Positions 9,051 to 22,359 of a stretch of 64,000 nt of DNA are shown piece after piece. Within the stretch, counting starts at the first letter, position 1; every line of letters starts with the position of its first letter. The DNA is from Macrostomum lignano (lineage: Eukaryota). Under the pieces are notes generated by a model. That model did not search any database. It was given only the letters and a program-made list of their open reading frames with translations, and had not been told where the DNA came from. The stretch lies in the NCBI GenBank assembly GCA_002269645.1, contig NIVC01000073.1, forward strand, positions 620,001-684,000, in the 5' to 3' direction. Made by a program: the position numbers and the translations under genes.

Positions 9051-9630
9051 AGTCCCGGACCCAACCCGGCCTCTGTAAGAGGCCTGACTGCGGAAAACCC
9101 GTGTTTGAATCGCGTAAATTTTTAGTTTGTTTTTTGTTAAGCATTTTTAAAATTGTTCAAACAGTTACTGTATCCACTATTGACTTGAACTGTTACTGGC
9201 TTTGTCTCTACTTGTCTCTACTAGGTACAGCATTTTCTGATTAAAAAAACTATTTTGGCCGTCGAGCTTGAGTTTCAATCAAGTCTAATAATTGCTCCCT
9301 TAGTTATTGTTATCAAAATATTTGACACTTCATTATACGTGTAAATTGTTGTTGCTTGTAGGCTTCTCTGCTTAGTCAATGCCCCTTAAGCTCTATTGTT
9401 CTTTTTGTATTTAAAAAATTTGTATTGAACAATGATTTACTTCAATTAAAACGTTTTTAAGCAACCACTATCTTTTTTTCACGACAAGTAATTTTTCACA
9501 ACATTGCTTTTAATTTTAAGTAATTTTTTAACACAGTTAACTATACACATTTACCATGTTGGTATAAAGATAAGCGTGATATTTATCATCCTTGGTAAAT
9601 TCATCTGGCATCTAATGATGCTTCTATTAA

Positions 9631-9856
9631 TTAGCAACAGATCTACTCATGGATATAACCACCCATCTATCAGTTAGCAACAGATCTACTCATGGATCTA
9701 ATCACGCTTCTATTAATTAGCAACAGATCTACTCATGGATCTAATCACGCTTCTATCAATTAGCAGCAGATCTACTCATGGATCTAATCACTATTCTATC
9801 AATTAGCAGCAGATTTACTCATGGATCTAATCACTATTCTATCAGTTAGCAACATA
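9631..9856. repeat. 43-bp tandem repeat
   Basis: Unit TTAGCAACAGATCTACTCATGGATCTAATCACGCTTCTATCAA, about 5 copies. Confidence 0.85.
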
Positions 9857-10123
9857 TCTTTTTTGTTAATTTAAATTAAGCCACAAAAGATAATAAGGCA
9901 ATATATAAACTTTTGTAAATTGGTCGTACCGTTTTTTATTGGCAGCGTTTAAAAGTTGAAAAATGTCATTTTTAGTGTGTCACATCTGTTGCACATCTTA
10001 TCAGGGACAATTTCGCAAAAGTATAAAAATAGTATAAGAATTTTTATACCACTAGACTATACTACTAGACTAACTAATGCCAGGGGCGTGGTGGGCGGCC
10101 AGCCCCCCACTATACCACTAGAC

Positions 10124-13039
10124 CTAGGGCGGGCAAACTCCGGCCCGCGGGCCAGATCCGGCCCGCGAGGCTTTATTTTCTGGCCCGCCACATAGCTTCT
10201 CATTTGCATTAAAATCCGGCCCGCATAAGTCTGGCACTAGATTTTCCAGATTCTAAGGCTCTACTAAGGAGTCTAGACTCTAATAAGCAAACAAAGACTT
10301 ATTCCCCTCTCCCTTTATATAGTATATTGTCAGATTCTAAGATTCGAAGGTATGGGCTGTGCCCAACCTTAAGCTCAATTTGGCTGTCTGTCCCTCTGGG
10401 CACGTGGCGTACGTCCATAAGTTCTCTTCCCCTTTCTAGCAGTCTTCCTATCAAGCCTTAGACATTGTTATATTATCCAGAGAGAAAAGAGTTGGTTTGG
10501 CCCCTGCACTGTTTAGCAGGCTGCAGCCTGCTGTTGGTAGACCACCTCCCCCCGAATCTGTTTATTTATGTGCCTATTAACTAAAAGTTCCCCTAAAATA
10601 AAATTTCCCTCAGTGTCACAGTGTGCCTTCCATCTATCTACTATCTAATCATGTCTACTACACCTCAACCTGCTAAAAAGAGAAAAGTAGATCTCGAGTG
10701 TCGGGCCTTTAAAGCTGATTGGCAGGAGAAGTACTTTTTTGTTGAGCGCTTTGGACAGGCGCAGTGTCTTATCTGTTTTAAGATTGTGGCCATCCTTAAA
10801 GAATTCAATGTGCGTCGCCACTGGGAAACTAATCACCAAACATCAGCCTATGCTTCAATGCCTGCTGATAAGAAGAAAGAAGCTATCACAAAGCTGTCTG
10901 GCAACCTGCAGAAGACGACTTTGCTCTTCTGCAAGCAGACCACTGAGGCCGACAAGGTGACTCGTGCAAGCTGCGAGGTCTCCCATCTACTAGCTTGCCG
11001 GATGAAGCCTTTCTCGGATGGGGACTTCATCAAGGAGTGCCTTGTGACTGTGGTGAACTCTGTCTGTCCAGAACAGCGTTCTGCTTTTGAGAGCGTGAGC
11101 CTCTCATCCCGTACTGTTTGACGGCGCATTGAGGAGATGTCAGACAATGTGCACGACTTGCTGAAGACCTGCTGCTCTGATCTAGTTGCCTTCTCCCTAG
11201 CTCTTGACGAGAGCACTGACATGAAAGATACAGCCCAGCTGGCCATTTTTATCCGAGGAGTCACTTTTGACCTCAAGATTCACGAGGAGTTTCTGCAGCT
11301 TGTCCCACTGCATGGCACCACCACTGGCAAGGACATCTTTGATGCTGTGCTTCAGTGTGTTGAGCAGCACTCACTTGATCTTTCTCGCCTTGTGTGTGTG
11401 ACGACCGATGGTGCCCCAGCAATGACTGGAGAGAGGAAAGGCGCCGCATCACTCCTAGTGCATCACTGTGAGGCTGCCGGCCATACCCAGCCAATACAAA
11501 AGATGCATTGCATTATTCATCAGGAGGCCCTGTGCACCAAGTCTGCCAAACTTGCTGATGTCATGTCGATTGTGGTGAAAGTTGTCAACTCCATCCTCTC
11601 TAGCAGCCTCAACCATCGCCAGTTCCAGACTCTAGTGGACGAGGTGAATACGCAATATGGAGACCTGCTCTACTTCTGCGAAGTCCGCTGGCTGAGCCGT
11701 GGGGCCATGCTTTCTCGTGTGTGTGACCTGCAGCAGGAGATTGTCACATTTTTGCGCCAGAAGAATCTGCCCCATGCGGACTGCTTTTCTGACCCAAAAT
11801 GGCTTGCTCGCCTGGCCCTGCTGACTGATGTCACTGCACACCTGAATGCCCTCAATATAAAACTTCAAGGCTAAGAAATTCTTGTGACGGACATGCACGC
11901 TGAGATCACTGCATTCGAGGTCAAGCTACGCTTGTGGGAGGCTCAGCTGACTGCTGGTCAGTTTGTGCACTTTCCTCGTCTTGCTGCCTGTGCCCCAGAT
12001 GACGTGGACCTGGTCACTTGCGCAGGGGTTGTGGCTTCTCTGCGGGAGGAGTTTGCCTCCCGCTTTGCAGGAGTCAGACGCCTGGCTGTGGACTTCAAGC
12101 TCCTCACTGCTCCCTTTGACTGCTCGGTGGATGATGCCCCAGCTGCCCTGCAGATGGAGTTGGTTGAGCTGCAGTGCAACGATGGACTGAAGGCAAAGTT
12201 CCGCACTTCCTCCCCTCTAGCCTTCTTTCGGGACCTTGTTCTCCCATCCAACAACTTTCCAAACTACATCGCCCATGTTCAACGTATTGTGGCCATGTTT
12301 GGGAGCACCTATTGCTGCGAACAGCTGTTTTCCAAAATGAGCTTCACCAAATCTCGCCTTCGTTCCCAGATTTCAGACCGCCATCTTAATGATATCCTTC
12401 TGCTGTCTACTTCGTCTATCAAGCCGGATTTTGAAGCACTTCTTCAGGGCAGACAGTACCACCCATCTCATTAAGTTCAAATGACTGAATTTCTGCTAAC
12501 AGACTGTAGATTGGGCATGTCTGTCAACCAAAATTTGTCACTAATATCTCCTCTAACGGCATGCTATCACTGCCCATCATTGTTCGAGCATTTTGTCAAT
12601 GTATTTCTTTTTGTATCTTTCCTATTATAATTCCCTGTCAATGTCACTTTTTATTGTCCATTTTTTCTATTGCTAGTACTATTTTCCTTCATTAAATATC
12701 AACTGTATCATCTATATATAGCAAGTAACTAATAACTTTTTCATCAGCGCTGATGTTATTGCCATCGGATGTAAGAGCAGTTACGTAATTTTTTAAACGT
12801 CATTTTTACTTAAACTTCTCATTTGTTAATTCGACTTTATATAAAGCAAATATCTGCATATTCAATGATACATGTATTTCACTAATTGTAATGAAACCTA
12901 CTATTAAAAGCTTGATAAGCAAATAAACTAAACTGTATTTCTATCTACCAAGAAAGTTGCCTCGTTATTGAGCTCCGGCCCGCGGCTGTTCAACGAAAGT
13001 ATTATTTGGCCCACTCTCTAAAAAGTTTGCCCGCCCCTG
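10124..13039 (+). mobile_element. Complete hAT DNA transposon, Charlie/Buster group, 2916 bp
   Basis: 16-bp TIRs CTAGGGCGGGCAAACT / AGTTTGCCCGCCCCTG (14/16 match). Perfect 8-bp TSD CACTAGAC (10116-10123, 13040-13047) with central TA. Subterminal GGCCCGC repeats resemble MER58-type ends. Confidence 0.95.
10651..12474 (+). pseudogene. hAT transposase (SPIN/GTF2IRD2-like), 607 codons with two in-frame stops (TGA 11119-11121, TAA 11872-11874)
   Basis: The three ORF-track pieces share one frame. Motifs: NLS KKRK, N-terminal CLIC...RRH zinc finger, ALDESTD, TTDGAPAM, HCIIHQE, EVRWLS, STYCCEQLFS. Confidence 0.93.
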
Positions 13040-16000
13040 CACTAGACTAACTAATGCCAGGGGCGTGGGGGCGGCCAGCCCCCCACTATACCACTAGACT
13101 AAATAATGCCAGGGGCGTGGGGGGCGGCCAGCCCCCCCACTATACCACTAGACTAACTAATGCCAGGGGTGTGGGGGGCTTTTTAGTTCTTAATTTGGGT
13201 TAAATAAATAGCTGTCATAGCCATAAAAGTTACAAACATTAATAACCCATCGTCCCACCTTTGAAGACGACAGCGTCTTCATTCACTAGTTATGCTGCGT
13301 CATTATTGTCTAAAAATAGTCAGTTTTTTTAGAAAAAAACTTTAAGGATTTACCTAACTTTTCATTGATTAAATTGCATACCATGGTGTATTTTTTACTA
13401 TTAACTTTTGTGTACTTAACAAGATTCATGTTAATTACAATCACAAAATAGCTTCTTGATGATACAAAGGAAGAGGCTAACCTAACTCTAAAAAATATTA
13501 TCTGATATAAGGTATAGGCAAAGTAGTCATAGTCTAAAACATCTAGAAATTTCATTTAGATCTTTGGAATTCTAAATAAGATTATCAAAGTTTTATTCTT
13601 AGTCTTTAAGTAGACAAGAAACATAGCATATATAATTAAGCTTCAAATTTTTACAACAGAATTACATTACTAATTTTAGTTACCCAAAATAAAACAAGCA
13701 TTTAGCCTGCCTACAGACTGCACACTTATTTGATGCAAGTTAGAAAGTAAATAAATGTAGAATGCTTTTGTTCTTGCTAGTTATTATCAATGGCAATGGC
13801 CCTAGCCAAGTTGTTGCAATTATTCTTATTGCTAACAAAGAGATAAAGATAGTTCAGAACATAATAAATTCTTTTAAGTAGCATTTTGACTTGTGAAAAA
13901 AATTTCAATAGGGAACTATCAGTTGTTGCAGTCCTTTAAGAGTGTGTTACACAAGCCACTGTTAAACATTTGTATTTTATCCCTTTTAAACTTTTTACTG
14001 CAAGGTTGCAAAGGCCAAGAAAAAAAAAATCAACTACTTAAAAATATCTATGAAGTATCAATCCAATCAAGTATAAGATGCTTTAAGCCCAGCTAATCTA
14101 GCTTAATATACTAGAAATGATAGGCTACTTTTTGCTAAACTAGAATTTTTGCAAAGAACAACTATGGGTGAAATGCAATGGCAATTCTTTAAATTGAATA
14201 GCTATTAGAACATAAATTTTTAAAAGGTGAAAGCAATCATAGGCAAAAATTTAAGATAAGATATTCATTGCCAAATATATTTTGCTACTTTTAGACTAAA
14301 AATTAGACGCTTGACATTGATATATCAACTTTTAAGACTATAATATTCTAAATTTAGGAACATCCAAATATACTTAGTATGAGCATATTCTAAATTTGCT
14401 ATTTTGATAAAATGCTAATTTATTGCCAATGGACTCAAGCCTATTGGCTGGAAAACTATGCGTAGAATATGAATGAAATTTACTTTGTTTTTGAATCTGA
14501 ATATGAATCTATTTTTTGTTGCCTTTAACCACTAAGCATCAAACAACAAAGAAGCAAGCAACCATAATAGACACTTGAGTTTAAAGACTTTAAATAGTTT
14601 TTCTTGCAACTTTTATAATATACTCAGTAGACTATAAAAAGGCTTTCAATAGTCCCAACCAACCAACAAACCAGATTGTAGCCAAAATCTAAATGACACT
14701 AGATGCTTTTCTTTCCCTTGCTAGACCATGCCAGACTGCACTTACATTGCTACTTGCTAGAGGCCAATCTATACAAGACACTATCTGCAATAATGGCCAT
14801 TGGTTGCAATAAGGCCAATAATGCTATATAAAATAGCTATCAAGGAAGTCTAAGGCAAGACAAAAACATAATTAGAAAATAGAAAAAGAAAAAATTGAAA
14901 ATAGAAAAAAATAGAAAAATAGAAAAAATAGAAAAAATAGGAAAGAAAAAATAGAAATAGAAAAAAATATATTAACAGAAAAAAAAATAAGCATAAACAT
15001 GCTAAAGCATGCACTTTCCATTGAAAACATATAAAAATAATATATAAAATAAATCCAAACCTATAGCAATAGATAAATAAAGGAGTTCTCAGAGGTAATC
15101 TTATATCTAGATTGGAATATTTATATAGCAATTGTGAAACAGAAAGTTGCATACAATTTTTCTGCATATGTTTTTACCTGAAAGTTTTTGGCACTATAAT
15201 TTTATAAGCAAGTTTTTCTATAAAAGCTTTCTAAAATACCAAAAAGAAATATTATAATTCTTTTCTTAAAGCAGGGGTCAGCAACATCTAGTCCTAGTGA
15301 AGTGATCTTAATTTAAGCATGTTATGCCCAATGTTATTTTTTAGTCAAATGCGAACTTCAGAAGGTTTTTCTATCAGGAAAGTACAGCACATGCTTGTGC
15401 ACCAGTAAAGATCCTTTTGCGTGAAGCGAACACCAATGAAATGCATTATAGAAATCATATATATACTAGCGTTCAGTGAGAATGAAGCCTCTCTCCAGTT
15501 TTTCCCAGTTCTCGGCTCTCCGCCTCTTTGCCTCCTCAACTGCTCCGCTAGCTTGCCCCAACAATCGGGCCTGAACTCTAATATCCCAATTTAACAGAGA
15601 TAAATCCGGACAAACGTCAATTCGTGCAACAATATCGATAAGTAGCCTGTGGCTCCATCTAAATATACTAAATCTCTAAGGTTTGTATGTTTGAATGCTA
15701 TATACTAAAAATGGTCTGTCTGTGTCTATCTATCTATCTATCTATCTATCTATGTGATCGATTAGAGAAAAAATGGCTGGACCGATTTTGTTCAAACTTG
15801 CACTGTTCGATCAGAAATTTTCCCGTGACTGTACATGCATCGCGGCTAAGAAATTGCTCGATGCTAAAGGCATTAAATATTCGAAAAACATGCTTTTTTG
15901 CAAAGGTCAAGCAAACTTTTCGACTTGAAATGCATTGTAAGAATGCTAGAGAAAAAACTGACTGGTTGAATTCTGGTTCTGAAATAGATTGCATCATCAC

Positions 16001-16338
16001 TGAATTGTAACTCCGACTTGAATTGAAAATGCAGTGTGGAAGCGTAGCACCAGACTTGATTTAAATTGCGTAACCATATTGTTAACTGATACTGACTGAC
16101 TGAGAAACTGATTATGTCATAACTGCTTCGTGTGATTTACTCTATGCTTGGATTTTAAACTGTTGAATTATACATATATATAAGTGCAAAATTTGATGTT
16201 ATCAAAAAGATGAGAACTAGCCTAGAGGTGAACAGACTGAACTGCTAAATGCAGCGACGATGGTTCGAATTTTCATAGAGTATAATTTTTTTAATTAAAG
16301 CTTTTCAACGTCAGGAAAACTAAAAGACTTTTTAAAAA

Positions 16339-17925
16339 GAAGCGTCATGTAAAAATCATAGTAGCGTCATGTAAAAAATCGTAGAAGCGTCATATAAAAA
16401 ATTATAGAAGCGTCATATAAAAATCATAGATGCGTCATTTAAAAAATCATAGAAGCATCATATAAAAATCATAGATGCGTCATTTAAAAAACCATAGAAG
16501 CATCATGTAAACAATCATAGAAGCGTCATTTAAAAAATCATAGAAGCATCATATAAAAATCATAGATGCGTCATTTAAAAAATCATAGAAGCATCATGTA
16601 AACAATCATAGAAGCGTCATTTAAAAAAATCATAGAAGCGTCATATAAAAATCATAGATGCGTCATTTAAAAAATCATGGAAGCGTCATGTAAACAATCA
16701 TAGAAGCGTCATGTGAAAATCATAGAAGCGTCACGTAAAGAATCATAGAAGCGTCATGTAAACAATCATAGAAGCGTCATGTAAACAATCATAGAAGCGT
16801 CATGTAAAAAATCATAGAAGCGTCATGTAAACAATTATAGAAGCGTCATGTAAAAAAATCATAGAAGCGTCATGTAAACAATCATAGAAGCGTCATGTAA
16901 ACAATCATAGAAGCGTCATGTAAACAATCATAGAAGCGTCATGTAAAAAATCGTAGAAGCGTCATTTAAAAAATCATAGAAGCGTCATGCAAAAATCATA
17001 GATGCGTCATTTAAAAAATCATGGAAGCGTCATGTAAACAATCATAGAAGCGTCATGTAAAAAATCATAGAAGCGTCATATAAAAATCATAGATGCATCA
17101 TTTAAAAAAATCATAGAAGCGTCATATAAAAAATCATAGAAGCGTCATGTAAAAATCATAGAAGCGTCATGTAAACAACCATAGAAGCGTCATGTAAAAA
17201 ATCATAGAAGAGTCATGTAAACAATCATAGAAGCGTCATGTAAGCAATCATAGAAGCGTCATGTAAACAATCATAGAAGCGTCATGTAAACAATCATAGA
17301 AGCGTCATGTAAGCAATCATAAAAGCATCATGTAAACAATCATAGAAGCGTCATGTAAACAATCACAGAAGCGTCATGAAAAAATCATAGAAGCGTCATG
17401 TAAACAATCATAGAAGGGTCATGTAAACAATCATAGAAGCATCATGTAAAAAAATCATAGTAGTGTCATGTAAACAATCATAGAAGCGTCATGTAAAGAA
17501 TCATAGAAGCGTCATGTAAAAAAATCATAGATGCGTCATTTAAAAAATCATAGAAGCATCATGTAAACAATCATAGAAGCGTCATTTAAAAAAATCATAG
17601 AAGCGTCATGTGAAAATCATAAAAGCGTCACGTAAAGAATCATAGAAGCGTCATGTAAACAATCATAGAAGCGTCATGTAAACAATCATAGAAGCGTCAT
17701 GTAAACAATCATAGAAGCGTCATGTAAAAAATCATAGAAGCGTCATGTAAACAATCATAGAAGCGTCATGTAAACAATCATAGAAGCGTCATTTAAAAAA
17801 TCATAGAAGCGTCATGTAAACAATCATAGAAGCGTCATGTAAAAAATCATAGAAGCGTCATGTAAAAAATCATAGAAGCGTGATGTAAAAATCGTAGAAG
17901 CGTTATTTAAAAATCATAGAAAATC
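16339..17925. repeat. 23-bp minisatellite inside the Helitron-like element
   Basis: Unit AGAAGCGTCATGTAAACAATCAT with a variable A-run, over ~1.6 kb. Confidence 0.95.
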
Positions 17926-18769
17926 ATAAAAATCAAAAATTAAATGCAGCTATAATGCTGTGCTGGGGAGAAAAACTGAGACGTAAAGGCTCTCAGAGAA
18001 TAACTGCTGAGATTACGAGGGGGGGGGGTTTCTGAGATGTCAAAGCAAAAGTCAGAAGCTACTTCAAAGTTCATGTACTTTACTCAATTTTTTTATTGCA
18101 TTCTTTGTTGGCTCGCCACGGGAGGCGCTTATAGAAGAAGAGTCATGTAAAAAATAAAAGTAGCACTACGAGCGTATGTACGAGCTATACATAAAAGAAA
18201 AGTCATGTTCAAGTTAAAAGATTCATTTGGGAATTGCTACGATGTCAAAGCTTGGTGGAAATCGTTATAGTGCTTGATTCTTAAAGAAGGAATCACTAAA
18301 ATGTCAAGGCTTAGGGGAGAAGAATTGCTGAGATTTCAAGGCTTTAGGTTGGGTTAAAGTTAGGTTTAGGTCAGGTGTGGGTTGAGGGTTATATTTTATC
18401 GGGTTTCAAGGTTAACAGAATAACAGGGGATTTTTTAGATTTCAAGGTTTATGGAGGCCATCGCTGACATGTTAAGGCTTACGGGGGGAATAGCTGAGAT
18501 GTCAAGGCTCACGGGGTATAAATGAGATTTCAAGGCTAAAGTCAGAAGCTACATGTAGTTTATTGAAAACTTTTTATTACATTATTTGATGCCTCCTCAG
18601 GGGAGGGATCGCTGATAAAAAAAGCGTAATGTAAAAAATAAAAGAAGCTTCATGTCGAAGTTAAGAGATTCATTTGGGAATCCCTACGATGTCGAGGCTT
18701 GCAGGAAATCGCTATAATGCTGTAGTAGTGCTATAGTGACTCTTAGAGAGAATTACTGAAATTTCAATG

Positions 18770-18825
18770 TTAGGTTAGGGTTAGGGTTAGGGCTAGGGTT
18801 AGGGTTAGGGTTAGGCTAGGGTTAG
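18770..18825 (+). repeat. Interstitial telomere-type (TTAGGG)n tract
   Basis: About 9 units of TTAGGG/CTAGGG; a degenerate paralogous tract lies near 18345-18390. Confidence 0.85.
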
Positions 18826-21800
18826 AAGGTTGACAGATATTTTTAGATTTCCAAGGCTTATTGGGGGCATTGCTGAGATGTCAAGGGGGGAAGTTGATAT
18901 GTCAAAGCTTGTGGGGGGGAATTACTGACATGTCAAGGCTTACAAGGTTTGACAGGAGATTTTTTAAGATTTCAAGGATACATGTAGCTTATTAAAAAAA
19001 CGTGTATTGCATTTATTTGGCTCCCCAATGGGGGGCGTAGATTGCTAGTTTTCACTGAATTGCTTAACAAATTTGCGTAATTGCGTGATCAATATCCTAT
19101 TAGGAATTGCTTCTAACATTGATTAGTAATAAACATCTTGTAGAAGGTTAGAGATCGAGAGAAACAAATCGAACCTCCGACTTATTTGATTCAACAGAAA
19201 CATCAACGATCATAGTCATCGTCAGAGGGGCACACCCCTGCAACACATTATTCTAAAACATTTGACTAGGGCCAGATCTAGCCTCCAAGGCCCTCAATGA
19301 TCTAGCATTGCATCTGAGCTAGCCTTTTACTCCACTTTCTTTCTCTTTCTCATTGTTACTTTTCTTATCCCTATCTTATTTAAAAGTCTAGAAACAAACA
19401 AAAAGACTGACATAATATAATGAAACTAAGGTTTTTTATTTTGTTATATTATTGGCCTATGAGCCCTTAAAAAATAGTAATATGAAATATTTTCAAATGG
19501 AATCATATAACATAGGCCTATAAACCTATGATTGACAAAAATATGAGTTTAAGGATAAAAAATTTTGTTTGCGCACACAGAAAAGTATAGGACCATAGTC
19601 AGCATCATGGCAACACCTGTGCCAAAAAAAATCCTATCAAAAAGTTTACTTGCACTATGCACTGGAACTTTTCTTATCAAATAAATTTGCTTGCAGCATG
19701 TGCTAAAACTTTTTTGGTAAATAAAAACATAGGAACATAAAAATTACTAGTTTCTATTTAAAAAAAACTAGTAAAACTTGTATTTGAATTTGTTTTATAG
19801 GAAATACAATGCAAACATATTTTAATTAAAAAGCTATTAATATACTGGCAAAAAGTGCTAATTTTCTATTTGCAAAACTATCGGCTTGCTGAAAGTTTTT
19901 GTCTTATGCTAAATTGCACTGATTTTGTCTTGTGCCATACTGTGTTGGATTCTCCCTCCCTTCCTAGCCTGTTGTTATGCTAGAATATGCCAGCAGAGTA
20001 TATATTCAACATTTTTTATGCTAAAATTTTCTATGAAAAGGCTATCTTTCTGACTATGGGTCTAGGATTAAATTCTGTCTTGGTTCTATATTAATATTAT
20101 ATAGTACTCTTTGAAATCTATATTAATAACATAGTAGAATATTTAGAATTATCATATAGAAACCTTTTTATCCAACTATCTTATCCCTATATATTATTTC
20201 TTGTAGACAATCAAGCAATTCTAGCCAAAACAAGTAATATATACGAAAACCAGAGTATGTTGACCAAAGCTTTGGTGCCTATGTCTCAACAATTAGATTT
20301 CTTTCTTTTTGGAAGATGATTTTCTACATTTTTTGAACTAACAGCAATGATTGCTATTCTTGGTAGATCTTGTTTTATGCAATTAAAGATTAAGGAATCA
20401 CAAACTATTTAAATAATATAGCCACATAGACCAAATATTGAGCTCAAAACCAATCTAAAGTACTATAAGGTAGTATATATTTGTCATCATTTCAGTGCAT
20501 TCATGGACCAATTGCCCAATCTATAGCAACATAGTTGACAAAAAAAACTGATGACTAAGGGCAGAACTCAAACAGATCTGCAGTGGTGGCTCCAAGTCGC
20601 CAGTATTTCACACTAGCACAAACCTATGAATGCATTGTGCAGTGATTGCAACTGAGCAGTGGGAGCCTATATATGACTCACAGGTCTTTAATGGCTCAGA
20701 GACTATGGGGCCAGATAGTCTGTACTAGATTGCATAGCCTGCAATGGGTGCATTGCATGACTTGTAGGTGTACTAGTGCCTATCATTAATGCCTTTATAA
20801 AATCTATAATAGTGTGGTAGTTGCGGACTCCCACTAATGAATTTTTTAATTTCATAATAACATTTTACAGACTCTCCCATTTGCTGCCACCCCGTTTCTG
20901 GCCCTATCTGTAAACCCCCTGGCAAAATCTATGATGTGTTTTGTCCCTCTTTCTGGCATAACTGCCCCTTTTCTGGTTTTTCATGCCCTTTCTCTGTTTT
21001 CTTTGTTTTTTCTTTGTGCATCTCTATGGAACTTTTTGCTCGCCAAGTTCTGGGCCTTGATGTCCACTCCCTGTCCCCATTCTCTAGACCACTTTGCCCA
21101 CCTTCTGCTCCTCTTTTGTTATTTAACTAGGCCTCTTTTTGCCTATCTCCAAAAGGCCAGCTTTTGGTTTGTTTTGGTTTTCTGGTCCCTTTATTGCTTA
21201 CTCAAATTAATTTAATAATATTTAATTTTGATACTTGCTATTCTTTCTCAGTTAAGTAAACCCTATTACTAAAGACTAGTGACTTGAATTTAGTTAGTTT
21301 AGGGCCCCGCACCGCAGCTCCCCCAGAACCATTTCTGTCGTTGGGTTGACTCCAGTACATTTATAATATTCAACTGCTGATTTAATAAACTAACATCAAT
21401 TTGTTTTCTTTAATACCTAATTAAAAGCCTATCTTAAGTCATTTGCCCGTGGGGCATAAAATAACCAAGTTCTCAACTCAAAGAAAGCTCTGGGACTTCA
21501 ATGTTCCATAATACAAAAATTATGGCGGGGGCAGCACTACTCTACTAGAAGTAATCAGTCAAGCATTTGAAGTACTTTAATTCAATGTCTGAGGACCCTA
21601 TCTAAACATTTGCGCCTAGCAAAGACTGCTTGTCTACGACCAAACTACCCTCCCTCCAAAATTTAGGACCCTGGCAGCCGGAGGAACAGGAGAAAATTTT
21701 GTTGAGATTTGTCTACGCAATATTTCTGGATTTAATTTGTGTGAATTCAACATTGGCGGCAATTCAAAGTAAAAACCACCCTACCTCATTGGTGTCAACA

Positions 21801-22359
21801 AACCCTACCAAATTTACCACCATTTATATTTTCATTCTCCACCTCCACTTCAATAGTTCATTTTATTTCTATGTCGTAGTGACAAAGCTTTACACGCAAA
21901 AATTGATTGAACTTTAGTCAAATTAAATTAGTGCCAAAAACTAGGAAACACTACTCTATTTTGTTTAACTAAGCAAATTATTATCAGTAATTTTTTTTTG
22001 TTATAAATATAGCCTTCCAGACTCTATATATATGAGCTGATTTTCAAATCATATATATAGCAATATATAAAGCAATTTTCACTTAGCTTGTTAATTTGCT
22101 GAATTCATAGTAATATTCTTAGACTTAAACTTCAAATTCTTAATTTATAATCTGCATATGTAATGCATTAAATATGCTTTTAGATTACATTTTTTTAATT
22201 TTTTGTTTTTTAAGCTAACTCTTTTGACAATTTTCTATATGAGCTGAAAAAAGCACAAAGTTTTGAGTTCAAAAAGCCTACAAAAAGTACAAAAATTTGT
22301 TGGGTTTCTTTACTTTTGTTTTAATTAGACTTTTACCAAGTTTTTATTGCTATGACACA

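Larger units (their letters stand above)
10049..13180. repeat. ~53-bp hairpin-containing tandem repeat, interrupted by the hAT insertion (10049-10123 and 13040-13180)
   Basis: Unit CACTAGACTAACTAATGCCAGGGGCGTGGGGGGCGGCCAGCCCCCCACTATAC is present on both sides of the transposon. Confidence 0.85.
15658..19048 (+). mobile_element. Non-autonomous Helitron-like element
   Basis: The 5' end is A|TCT, followed by GTCTGTC/(TATC)n and AATGGCTGGACCGATTTTGTTCAAA, which resemble Helitron-N 5' regions. The 3' end has a hairpin GCTCCCC-AAT-GGGGGGC, then CTAG|T. There is no TSD and no Rep/helicase ORF. Confidence 0.55.

Noticed and set aside
18770-18825. True chromosome end or telomere fusion
   Set aside because: Only about 9 units, in one orientation, embedded in a duplicated block of a repeat element.
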